A DNA stretch of 64,000 bases from assembly GCA_963843775.1 (NCBI GenBank), contig CAWJLT010000012.1, forward strand, positions 954,223 to 1,018,222, read 5' to 3'. A program made the translations under genes and the position numbers. Within the stretch, counting starts at the first letter, position 1, and every line of letters begins with the position of its first letter. Source of the DNA: an uncultured Actinomycetota bacterium. Its GTDB lineage: Bacteria > Actinomycetota > Actinomycetes > Propionibacteriales > Nocardioidaceae. The notes beneath the pieces were generated by a model, which saw nothing but the letters and a program-made list of their open reading frames with translations, made no database searches and was not told the DNA's origin. This document shows positions 50,290 to 58,258 of the stretch, in pieces.

Positions 50290-51641
50290 ACGCCTTGATG
50301 CGGTTCCTGGTCGGCCGGGGACTGCGGTCGCGCATCATCTGGACCACGGCCGTGGTCTCCGGTCTGGCCATGGGCGCCATGATCGGCACCGTGGTCCTCG
50401 CCCTCAACGGGGCCACCAGGAGCAACATCGACGCGACGCTCGCAGATCGCTTCCAGACGACGCGGTCGGCGGTGGAGAGCGGGAAGACCAACCCCACGCA
50501 GGCGCTGGAGAGCTCGGTCGACTCCATCGAGGACAGCACCTGGCTCTACGACAGCCAGGGGGAGCTGATCGAGGGGCCCAAGGCGGGAGAACGCGTCCGC
50601 GAGGTGGCCGACCGGCTCGGCACGGTCTCGAGGAAGACCACGACGACGCAGCACGAGCGGGTCTACCTGGCTGCACCCGTCATGGTTCGTGGGGGAGCCA
50701 GTCGCGGGCCTGGTGTGCTGGTCGTGTCCGAGAGCCTGGAGCCCTACGAGTCGACCCGCACGGAGATCCTGGTCGGGCTGATCGCCCTCGGTCTTGTCGT
50801 CACCGTCGGAGCGTCGGCCATCGCTGCCTGGACCATGTCGCGCACCCTCGCCCCTGTCGAGGCGATGGCCGGCCTGGCCGAGGACTGGAGCGAGCGGGAG
50901 CTCAACGCCCGCTTCGACGACCGGGGGTCGGAGAACGAGATCGCGCACCTGGGCCACACGCTCAACGTGCTGCTGGACCGGGTCGCCGGCGCCTTGCGCG
51001 GAGAGCAGCGGCTGACCTCCGAGCTCGCCCACGAGCTGCGCACCCCCCTGAGCGGGATCCGTGGCGAGGCCGAGCTCGCGCTGATGTCCACCTCCGAGTC
51101 AGCCACCCGGGAGAGGCTCGACCGGGTCGTCACACTGGTCGACCAGATGAGCACCACCATCACCACGCTGCTGGCGATCGCCCGGGGCGAGGAGCACCAG
51201 TCCTCCACGCGTACGACGGTCGACGACATCGTCTCCGTCACGCTGGCCAACCGGCCGGCAGGTGCCCCGGACATCGAGGTGCGTCCCGCCGATGTGGGGG
51301 CCGAGGTGCTGCTGGTCAGTGCCACGACCGAGGGGGCAGTCAGAGCGCTGTCCCCACTGGTCGAGAACGCCGACCAGCACGCGTCGAGGCGGGTGACGCT
51401 GTTGGTGCGGGAGACCCCGCGGACCGTCGAGATCACGGTCTCAGACGACGGCCCCGGCCTGCCCACGGACGTCACCGACCCGGAGAGCCTCTTCGCGGCC
51501 GGCGCCCGTGCGGCTGACAGCACCGGGGCCGGACTGGGGCTGGCACTGGCCCGGCGCGTTGCCCGGACCCTCGGCGGTGACGTGAGCGTGACCTCGGTCC
51601 GCGAACCCACCAGCTTCACCCTCACGCTGCCGCGGCCGTAG
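50286..51641 (+). CDS. Sensor histidine kinase (HAMP-HisKA-HATPase)
   Basis: It has an ATGA overlap with the regulator, two TM helices, the H-box LTSELAHELRTPLSGI, the N-box LVENADQHA, and G-boxes DDGPGL and GAGLGLALA. Confidence 0.9.
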   Translation: MNALMRFLVGRGLRSRIIWTTAVVSGLAMGAMIGTVVLALNGATRSNIDATLADRFQTTRSAVESGKTNPTQALESSVDSIEDSTWLYDSQGELIEGPKAGERVREVADRLGTVSRKTTTTQHERVYLAAPVMVRGGASRGPGVLVVSESLEPYESTRTEILVGLIALGLVVTVGASAIAAWTMSRTLAPVEAMAGLAEDWSERELNARFDDRGSENEIAHLGHTLNVLLDRVAGALRGEQRLTSELAHELRTPLSGIRGEAELALMSTSESATRERLDRVVTLVDQMSTTITTLLAIARGEEHQSSTRTTVDDIVSVTLANRPAGAPDIEVRPADVGAEVLLVSATTEGAVRALSPLVENADQHASRRVTLLVRETPRTVEITVSDDGPGLPTDVTDPESLFAAGARAADSTGAGLGLALARRVARTLGGDVSVTSVREPTSFTLTLPRP

Positions 51642-51668
51642 GGGCGCCTTCAGTCAGGTTGCCGACAG

Positions 51669-52538
51669 GTGCCCGGACCCACACTCGGTCCCATGACCTC
51701 CCCGTCCTCTTTCGGCCACGCCGGCAGCGGCGTGACGGTCATTGCCACTCTCACCAACGGGAGCGTCTGGACGCGCACGCTGAGGAACAAGGTCCCGGAG
51801 GTCACGCTGTCCTTCTGGATGGTCCTGGTCCTGTCGGCCACGGTCGTCGAGACCGCCTCGGAGTACCTGTCGGGCGACCTGGGCCTCGGTCTCTCGGCCA
51901 CGACAGCGATCATGAGCCTGTACTTCGCGGGCGCGTTCATGTGGCAGCTCTCCACCGGTGGCTACGTCCCCGGTGTCTACTGGCCGACGGTGCTCCTGGC
52001 CAGTGCGGTCGGTGCCACCCTCTCCGAGAAGCTCGTCGCGGACCTGGGGCTGCGCCCCGGAGGCGCGACTGCGCTCTTCTGCGTGGCCCTCGCCCTCATC
52101 TTCCTGGGCTGGTACGGCGGCGAGCGCACCGTGTCGATCCACACCGTCTTCACGCGTCGTCGGGAAGCCTGGTACTGGGCCGCGATCCTGTGCGCCTTCG
52201 CGCTGGGCAGATCGCTCGATGCCCTTCTCGCGCAGCGGCTCGCGCTCGGCCACGCGACCGCGGTCCTCGTGCTCGGTGGGGTGCTGAGCGCGGTCCTGGT
52301 GGCGCATCTCGGCTTGAAGGTGAGTGCCGCGGTGACCTTCTGGGCGGCGTACGTGATGGCGGTGCCGTTCGGGGTCTCCGTGGGTGGGTGGCTGTCGGCG
52401 GCCTCGGCAGACGGCGGTCTCGGTCTGGGGACGAACCCGACCAGCACGATCTTCCTGGTCGCGCTTCTCGCGATCGTCGTCTGGTGCGCGGGCGTCGCGC
52501 GACGAGGCAGCCGTGGGCCGCGCGACGCCTCCACCTGA
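51669..52538 (+). CDS. Polytopic membrane protein (COG4705-like), paralog of 45773..46600
   Basis: RNKVPEVTLSFWMVLVLSATVVE...YVPGVYW...ERTVSIHTV...ADGGLGLGT. Confidence 0.65.
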   Translation: MPGPTLGPMTSPSSFGHAGSGVTVIATLTNGSVWTRTLRNKVPEVTLSFWMVLVLSATVVETASEYLSGDLGLGLSATTAIMSLYFAGAFMWQLSTGGYVPGVYWPTVLLASAVGATLSEKLVADLGLRPGGATALFCVALALIFLGWYGGERTVSIHTVFTRRREAWYWAAILCAFALGRSLDALLAQRLALGHATAVLVLGGVLSAVLVAHLGLKVSAAVTFWAAYVMAVPFGVSVGGWLSAASADGGLGLGTNPTSTIFLVALLAIVVWCAGVARRGSRGPRDAST

Positions 52539-52634
52539 CCCCCCGGTCGCTGCACCCGGTCCCTCCCCCCAGGGGCCGGGTGCAGCTCTGTCGTGGTCAG
52601 GTGCCGGTCAGGTCAGCACGCCTACCGTCTGGTC

Positions 52635-53342
52635 ATGATCGCGATCCTGACCCCGCTCCTCTACACCCTCGGTCCGTTGGCCATCTTGTTGGTGATGGCG
52701 GTCGTGTTCACCGAGACCGGGCTCCTGCTCGGGTTCTTCCTGCCCGGCGACTCGTTGCTGTTCCTCGCGGGTGCCCTGGTCGCCTCGCACGTGATCGCGC
52801 TGCCGTTCTGGGTCCTGGCGCTCGGCGTCTTCGCGGCTGCCGTCGCCGGCGACCAGATGGGCTACCTGATCGGGCGCCACTACGGGCCGAAGGTGTTCTC
52901 GAGACCGGACTCACGGCTCTTCCGCCACGAGAACGCAGAACGGGCCCAGGCCTTCTTCGCCAAGCGTGGTGCGCTGGCCGTCATCCTCGGACGATTCGTG
53001 CCCGTCGTGCGGACCTTCGTCCCCGTCGTGGCCGGCGTCGGCAAGATGCCGCACCGCTCCTTCACCGCGCTCAACCTCGTCGGCGCCCTGGCCTGGGCCA
53101 TCGGGATCGTCACCGTCGGCTTCTTCTTCGGCGGTATCGCCTTCGTGGCCGCCCACATCGAGCTGATCACGATCGCGATCGCGGGTGTCTCGGTCGTTCC
53201 GGCCACCATCGAGGTGCTGCGCCGCAGTCAGGGCCGCAGTCAGGGCCGCAGTCAGGGCCGCCGTCAGGGTCACAGCTCGTCCGTCGCCACCGACGAGCCG
53301 ACCCTGGGCGACGAGGCACCACGCGTTCCAGCAGCACGCTGA
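52635..53342 (+). CDS. DedA-family membrane protein
   Basis: FTETGLLLGFFLPGDSLLF...GRFVPVVRTFVPVVAGVGKM is the canonical DedA/SNARE-associated core. The start is at the 52635 ATG. Confidence 0.9.
   Translation: MIAILTPLLYTLGPLAILLVMAVVFTETGLLLGFFLPGDSLLFLAGALVASHVIALPFWVLALGVFAAAVAGDQMGYLIGRHYGPKVFSRPDSRLFRHENAERAQAFFAKRGALAVILGRFVPVVRTFVPVVAGVGKMPHRSFTALNLVGALAWAIGIVTVGFFFGGIAFVAAHIELITIAIAGVSVVPATIEVLRRSQGRSQGRSQGRRQGHSSSVATDEPTLGDEAPRVPAAR
53222..53269 (+). repeat. Four tandem 12-bp units CCGCAGTCAGGG (last copy has 1 mismatch) encoding (RSQG)n in the DedA tail
   Basis: The sequence reads directly as ccgcagtcaggg three times, then ccgccgtcaggg. Confidence 0.85.
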
Positions 53343-53581
53343 CGATCCGACCCGGCCGAGCACCCGAGTGTCAGTTGCGCACCTGTGCCGTGATGCGGGT
53401 GGCGCTCCTCAGGAAGACGCGGATGGCTTGCCGGCCACTCGGGTCGACCGCGTACCGGTCGCTTCGGCGCCGGCGAAGGGCCTCGGGCCACCGCCTCCCA
53501 GGGTGGCGAAGTGGGAGCCGGCGCAGTAGCATTTCTCCGCTGATCGTGTGGGTTTCACCTAGATATGTGGGGAGATCTGGC

Positions 53582-53869
53582 ATGGAGAACGGGACAACGC
53601 CGGGCAAGGTCGCAGGTGAGGCGGCAGCGTTGGAGGACGCCAGGGCGGAGATCGAGCAGCTGACGGCGGCGCTGGAGTCTCGCACCGTCATCGGGTACGC
53701 CGTGGGGATCGTCATGGTGCGAAAGTCGCTGACTGCCGAGGCTGCCTTCGCCCAGCTCATCGAGATGTCCTCGCACGCGAACGTGAAGCTGCGCGAGATC
53801 GCGACCCAGGTCGTCGCCGAGGCCGATCGTCGAGGACGCGAGCTGCCCCAGGTGATGGCCACGGCCTGA
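53582..53869 (+). CDS. Small ANTAR-domain (RNA-binding antitermination-type) protein
   Basis: 95 aa. A coiled-coil N-terminus is followed by RTVIGYAVGIVMVRKSLTAEAAFAQLIEMSSHANVKLREIATQVV, the ANTAR signature. It is the in-frame tail of the spurious 736-aa track ORF. Confidence 0.8.
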   Translation: MENGTTPGKVAGEAAALEDARAEIEQLTAALESRTVIGYAVGIVMVRKSLTAEAAFAQLIEMSSHANVKLREIATQVVAEADRRGRELPQVMATA

Positions 53870-54010
53870 GTCGCACGGCACGGAGTCCGGCAACGGACGT
53901 GGGGTCGCTGGTCCGGATCGACGGGTGGGTCGTTCGTCCTCCATGGAGGGGGCGCCTACCCGGTGGCCGACATCCGCGGTGCGCACGTGCCGACGGCCAG
54001 ATTTGTGGTG

Positions 54011-54038
54011 CAGAATGCAAGTATTGCATAATGCAAAC
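54011..54038 (+). promoter_or_regulatory. AT-rich element with overlapping hexamer palindromes ATGCAA-N3-TTGCAT-A-ATGCAA immediately before the ClC start codon
   Basis: ATGCAA sits at 54015-54020, TTGCAT at 54024-54029 and ATGCAA at 54031-54036, with the start ATG at 54039. Bases 54011-54040 have 10 G/C out of 30 by my count. Confidence 0.5.
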
Positions 54039-55760
54039 ATGACTCTCCTTGCCATGCCCCGCCGCTATGCCCATGTGCGGACCGTCGGGCCCGGGCAGGT
54101 GAGCCTGCTGGCGCTGGCCCTGCTCGTGGGGTTGGGCGCGGGTTTCGGCGCTGTCCTCTTCCGGTTCATGATCGAGGGCCTGACGCGGGTGTTCAGCGGC
54201 CACGCCGACTACGCGGCGGCCGGGCACGCGTCCAACCCGTTGGTGCCCTGGCTGGGGCCGTTCTTCGTGGTCCTGACACCGGTGGTGGCGGGACTGGTCT
54301 ACGGACCCCTGGTCCATCGGTTCGCGCCGGAGGCCCGGGGCCACGGGGTTCCCGAGGTGATGCTCGCCGTGGGGCGCAACGGCGGTCGCATCCGCCCTCA
54401 GGTGGCACTGGTGAAGTCGGTGGCCAGCGCACTGTGCATCGGCGGCGGTGGTTCGGTCGGCCGAGAGGGACCCATCGTCCAGATCGGATCCGCGCTGGGC
54501 TCGTGGGTGGCGCAGTTCGCCCGCCTGGACGAGCACCGGATCCGACTCCTGGTGGCGTGTGGTGCGGCGGGTGGGATCGCGGCGACCTTCAACGCGCCGC
54601 TCGCCGGCGTCTTCTTCGCCATGGAGCTCATCTTGGGACAGTGGGTCGCTGAGTCCTTCGGCATGGTCGTCATCTCCTCGGTGACCGCGAGCGTGGTGGG
54701 CCGGGCGGTCCTCGGCAACGACCCTTTCCTGCGGCTGCCCGTGTTCCATGTCGATCACCTGGTGCAGTACCCGTTGTTCGCGGTGCTGGGGATCGTGGCC
54801 GGCCTCTTCGGGGTGGGCTTCTCACGGGTGCTCTACGCGATCGAGGACGGGTGTGACTGGCTCTGGCGTGGACCGGAGTGGCTGCGCCCGGCCGTCGGTG
54901 GCCTGTTCCTGGGCGGCGTGCTGCTGGTCCTGCCGCAGATGTACGGCGTCGGGTACCCCGTGCTGGGAGACGCCGTCGCAGGTCGCTACACGCTGGTGTT
55001 CCTGTGTGTGCTGCTGGTCGGGAAGATGGTCGCGTGCAGCCTGACCATCGGCATCGGTGGGTCGGGCGGGGTCTTCGCGCCCAGCCTGTTCTGCGGCGCG
55101 ATGCTGGGTGCCGCCTTCGGTGCAGTGGCACAGGCGGTTGCACCGGGCTCGGTGGGCTCACCGGGCGCCTACGCGCTGGTGGGCATGGGTGCTCTGTTCG
55201 CCGGGGCTGCCCGGGCGCCGATCACCGCTGTGGTGATCTTGTTCGAGCTGACGGGGGAGTACACCATCATCCTGCCGCTGATGCTGGCCATCGTCCTGGC
55301 CACCGGTGTGAGTCACCTCGTCTCCCACGACACGGTCTACACCCGCAAGCTGCTGCGCCGCGGCATCGACCTGGACGAGCCGGCCGATCACAAGCTGCGC
55401 CGGCAGCTCGTCTCGTCGGTGATGGGGGTCCCGCCCGCTTCTCTCGAGGAGAGCATCGACGTGCGCGTCGCGGCCGCGGTCTTCGCCGAGACCGGCGCGG
55501 CAGCGCTCCCGGTGAGCGACACGAGCGGTCACTTTCTCGGTGTGCTGGCCTCGTGCGACGTCATGGACGTGCTCGCTGCTGACGAGGACGTGCAGCTCGT
55601 CGCGATCGTGCGGGGTGACCGGCTGCTACCCGACGCGCCGGTCCGTGATGCGCTGCACCAGCTCGACGGCGGCGCCTCTGCGGTGGCCGTGACGACCGAG
55701 GCCGGGAGACTCGTGGGCTGGGTGACCCATCGCGACGTCCTGGCGGCGCTCAGCTCCTGA
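54039..55760 (+). CDS. ClC-family voltage-gated chloride channel/antiporter with C-terminal CBS pair
   Basis: It has GSVGREGP, GIGGSGGVFAPSL and the GEYTIILPLM selectivity/gating motifs. C-terminal CBS-like repeats follow. The start is chosen at MTLLAMPRRY. Confidence 0.9.
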   Translation: MTLLAMPRRYAHVRTVGPGQVSLLALALLVGLGAGFGAVLFRFMIEGLTRVFSGHADYAAAGHASNPLVPWLGPFFVVLTPVVAGLVYGPLVHRFAPEARGHGVPEVMLAVGRNGGRIRPQVALVKSVASALCIGGGGSVGREGPIVQIGSALGSWVAQFARLDEHRIRLLVACGAAGGIAATFNAPLAGVFFAMELILGQWVAESFGMVVISSVTASVVGRAVLGNDPFLRLPVFHVDHLVQYPLFAVLGIVAGLFGVGFSRVLYAIEDGCDWLWRGPEWLRPAVGGLFLGGVLLVLPQMYGVGYPVLGDAVAGRYTLVFLCVLLVGKMVACSLTIGIGGSGGVFAPSLFCGAMLGAAFGAVAQAVAPGSVGSPGAYALVGMGALFAGAARAPITAVVILFELTGEYTIILPLMLAIVLATGVSHLVSHDTVYTRKLLRRGIDLDEPADHKLRRQLVSSVMGVPPASLEESIDVRVAAAVFAETGAAALPVSDTSGHFLGVLASCDVMDVLAADEDVQLVAIVRGDRLLPDAPVRDALHQLDGGASAVAVTTEAGRLVGWVTHRDVLAALSS

Positions 55761-55797
55761 CCGACCACATCTCGTCGACGAAGCCGGTCGTGACCAG

Positions 55798-57090
55798 TCA
55801 CGCCAGGACGAAGTAGCGCAGGGCGACGTATCCCCACGCGATCGTGATGGTGACCGTGGCCACCACCAGGCCGTACTTGGTGAACGTCCAGAAGCTGATG
55901 GGGTGACCGTTGCGGGCAGCGATGCCGAGCACCACGACATTGGCGCTGGCGCCGACGGCGGTCGCGTTCCCGCCGAGGTCGGCGCCCAGCGCGAGTGACC
56001 ACCAGGCGGCACCGGAGCCCGGAGCCCCCTTGCCGGCGTTGACGAGGTCAGCCACCAGGGGCGACATCGTCGCGACGTAGGGAATGTTGTCCACGATCCC
56101 CGACAGGACTCCGGAGGCGCCGAGCAGCACGGTGGAGGCCAGGAAGTAGCGCCCGTCGACAGCGTTGGTGGCGCTGCGGGCGAGGGAGCCCACCACCCCC
56201 ACCTCCACGAGGGCCCCGACCATGACGAACAGGCCCATGAAGAACACGAGCGTGGCCCATTCCACGTCGGCGATCGCGTCGCCGATGTCCATGCGGGAGA
56301 TGGCGACCAGCGCCCCGGCACCCAACAGGGCGACCAGGGACGGCTCGAGCGAGAACAACGAGCGACCGACGAACCCGAACATGACGAACGCCAGGACGAC
56401 ACCCGACTTGGCGAGAAGGCGGCCGTCGGTGATCGCCTCACGCTCGTTCAGCTCCATCAGCGCCTCGACCGACTCGGGACGGAACTTCAACGCCGATCGG
56501 AACATGAACCGGCACATCCCGATGAGGACGACGACCAGCACGACGATGATCGGGGCGAGGTTGAGCACGAAGTCGTTGAAGGTGAGCCCGGACCTCGAGG
56601 CGATGATGATGTTCGGAGGGTCTCCGATCAGGGTGGCGGTGCCGCCGATGTTGGAGGCCATCACCTCCGCGATCAGGAACGGCACCGGCGGCGCGTCGAT
56701 CTGGTCACACACCAGCAGGGTCACCGGTGCGACCAGCAGCACGGTGGTGACGTTGTCCAGGAGCGCCGATGCCACAGCGGTGAGCAGGATCAGCATCACC
56801 ATGATCAGGAAGGGCCGTCCGCGGGCACGCTTCGCCGACCAGATCGCGACGTACTCGAAGACGCCGGTCTGCCTCAGCACTCCGACGATCACCATCATCC
56901 CCAGCAACAGGAAGATGACGTTCCAGTCCACCCCGGTGCTCTCGCTGAAGAACGCGACCTTGGCGTCGACCACTCCGAGCAGCACCATGCCGGCTGCTCC
57001 GCCGAGCGCGGCTGCCACCCGGTGGATGCGTTCGGTCGCGATCAGCACGTACGCCGCGACGAAGACGACGATGACCAGGACGGTCGTCAT
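55798..57090 (-). CDS. ArsB/NhaD-superfamily permease (YbiR-like anion transporter)
   Basis: 430 aa with VDWNVIFLLLGMM, LLDNVTTVLL and GGTATLIGDPPNIII, typical of the family. It has a TGATG overlap with the upstream CBS gene. Confidence 0.85.
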   Translation of the reverse strand: MTTVLVIVVFVAAYVLIATERIHRVAAALGGAAGMVLLGVVDAKVAFFSESTGVDWNVIFLLLGMMVIVGVLRQTGVFEYVAIWSAKRARGRPFLIMVMLILLTAVASALLDNVTTVLLVAPVTLLVCDQIDAPPVPFLIAEVMASNIGGTATLIGDPPNIIIASRSGLTFNDFVLNLAPIIVVLVVVLIGMCRFMFRSALKFRPESVEALMELNEREAITDGRLLAKSGVVLAFVMFGFVGRSLFSLEPSLVALLGAGALVAISRMDIGDAIADVEWATLVFFMGLFVMVGALVEVGVVGSLARSATNAVDGRYFLASTVLLGASGVLSGIVDNIPYVATMSPLVADLVNAGKGAPGSGAAWWSLALGADLGGNATAVGASANVVVLGIAARNGHPISFWTFTKYGLVVATVTITIAWGYVALRYFVLA

Positions 57091-57554
57091 CAGGTGGTCG
57101 GTGCCGGGGGGAAGAGCACCTCGAAGAGGCGGCTGAGAGTCACCGCGCCCAGCACCTGGCCGTCACCGTCCACGACGGCGACCACGGGGCTGTGCATCCG
57201 GGCCATCACCGCCGCCACCTCCAGGGTGGTGGCCTCCGGGTCGACGACCGGGAGCTTGGTGCGGTCCTGACGCTTGGGGAGCAGGTCCTGCACGGTCTTG
57301 TGCGAGAGGTGGGTCAGCAGCTCGTCGGACCGGCGCTCGTCGTAGACCCGCGCGAGGGCAGGGTCGTCCTGGACGTAGGACGGGATCATGAACCGCAGCA
57401 CCTGTGAACCCGGTAGGACCGTGTAGGGAAGGCCGTCGCCGTCGCAGACGATCAGCCCGGGGTGGCGGGTGTCTCCCATCGTCCGGGCCGCGGTCAACGC
57501 GTCCGTGGTCAGGCTGACGGTCGGGAAGTGCTCGGCGAGCTCGCGTGCGCGCAT
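57090..57554 (-). CDS. CBS-domain pair protein
   Basis: 154 aa with two CBS-like repeats. It sits between marR and the permease in one operon. Confidence 0.8.
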   Translation of the reverse strand: MRARELAEHFPTVSLTTDALTAARTMGDTRHPGLIVCDGDGLPYTVLPGSQVLRFMIPSYVQDDPALARVYDERRSDELLTHLSHKTVQDLLPKRQDRTKLPVVDPEATTLEVAAVMARMHSPVVAVVDGDGQVLGAVTLSRLFEVLFPPAPTT

Positions 57555-57557
57555 CCC

Positions 57558-58061
57558 TCACCACCCGTGGGTGGTGGGGACGAGATCGAGAACCGCTGGT
57601 TCTCCGGCAGCTGTCGCGAACGCCTGGAAGGCCTCGATGAGGTCGGTGCGCACCTGGGGGCGCATCTTGCGCAGGATGCCCGTGATCTCGGTGCGACGTC
57701 TCTCCGTGACGGCGCCCACCACTCGCTGACCCTCGTCGGTGAGCGCGATGAGCACCTCGCGACGGTTGTCCGGGTTCTCCTGCCGGCTGGTGAGGCCGAC
57801 GCCCACGAGGCGGTCCACACTGCGCAACGCCGTCGACGGGGACACGCCGAGACGTTCCGCGAGCAGGTTCAGGTTGGTGGGGTCCGGGGTGGCCAGCACG
57901 ACCAGGGTTCGGAACTGGGTCAGGGTGAGCCGCTCCTCCACCTCGGCCAGTGAGCGGGCGGAGACGGCGACGAGCACCCGCGAGGCGGTGAGGACTGCGG
58001 TGACCAGCTCGTCGGTGGTGGCGTTGGTGGCGCCCGAGGCGTTGCGCTTCTGGGGATTCAT
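57558..58061 (-). CDS. MarR-family transcriptional regulator
   Basis: LTLTQFRTLVVL...LAERLGVSPSTALRSVDRLVGVGLTSRQENPDNRREVLIALTDEG is a canonical MarR winged helix. Confidence 0.9.
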   Translation of the reverse strand: MNPQKRNASGATNATTDELVTAVLTASRVLVAVSARSLAEVEERLTLTQFRTLVVLATPDPTNLNLLAERLGVSPSTALRSVDRLVGVGLTSRQENPDNRREVLIALTDEGQRVVGAVTERRRTEITGILRKMRPQVRTDLIEAFQAFATAAGEPAVLDLVPTTHGW

Positions 58062-58120
58062 CGCACCTCCTGTGGGGATCGTGGGGGTTCACCGATCCCG
58101 TGACCGATCACCCGGGTCAA

Positions 58121-58138
58121 TCTTGCACCATGCAAAGA
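58121..58138. promoter_or_regulatory. Candidate MarR operator, imperfect palindrome TCTTGCACCATGCAAAGA
   Basis: It lies 60-77 nt upstream of the marR start. A further TCTTGCA copy follows about 30 nt downstream on the plus strand. Confidence 0.35.
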
Positions 58139-58258
58139 TGCCGCGGTGCAGTCTTGCACGCAGGTGTCGTGCCCCGGGGCGACAGGTGCTGGAGGTGCTG
58201 CAGCCTCCGGGGGGCGTCGGACAGCTGCTCTACTTGCTCCCCTCGCGGGCCGGCCCGG

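Noticed and set aside
51659-53581. First ~640 codons of the 736-aa ORF 51659..53869
   Set aside because: This part runs through the membrane-paralog and DedA genes in a wrong frame. Only its last 95 codons (53582..53869) form a credible ANTAR protein, with its own ATG.
53925-54038. 38-codon N-terminal extension of the ClC ORF
   Set aside because: The extension runs through the AT-rich palindromic element and has no hydrophobic or conserved character. MTLLAMPRRY at 54039 gives a normal ClC N-terminus.
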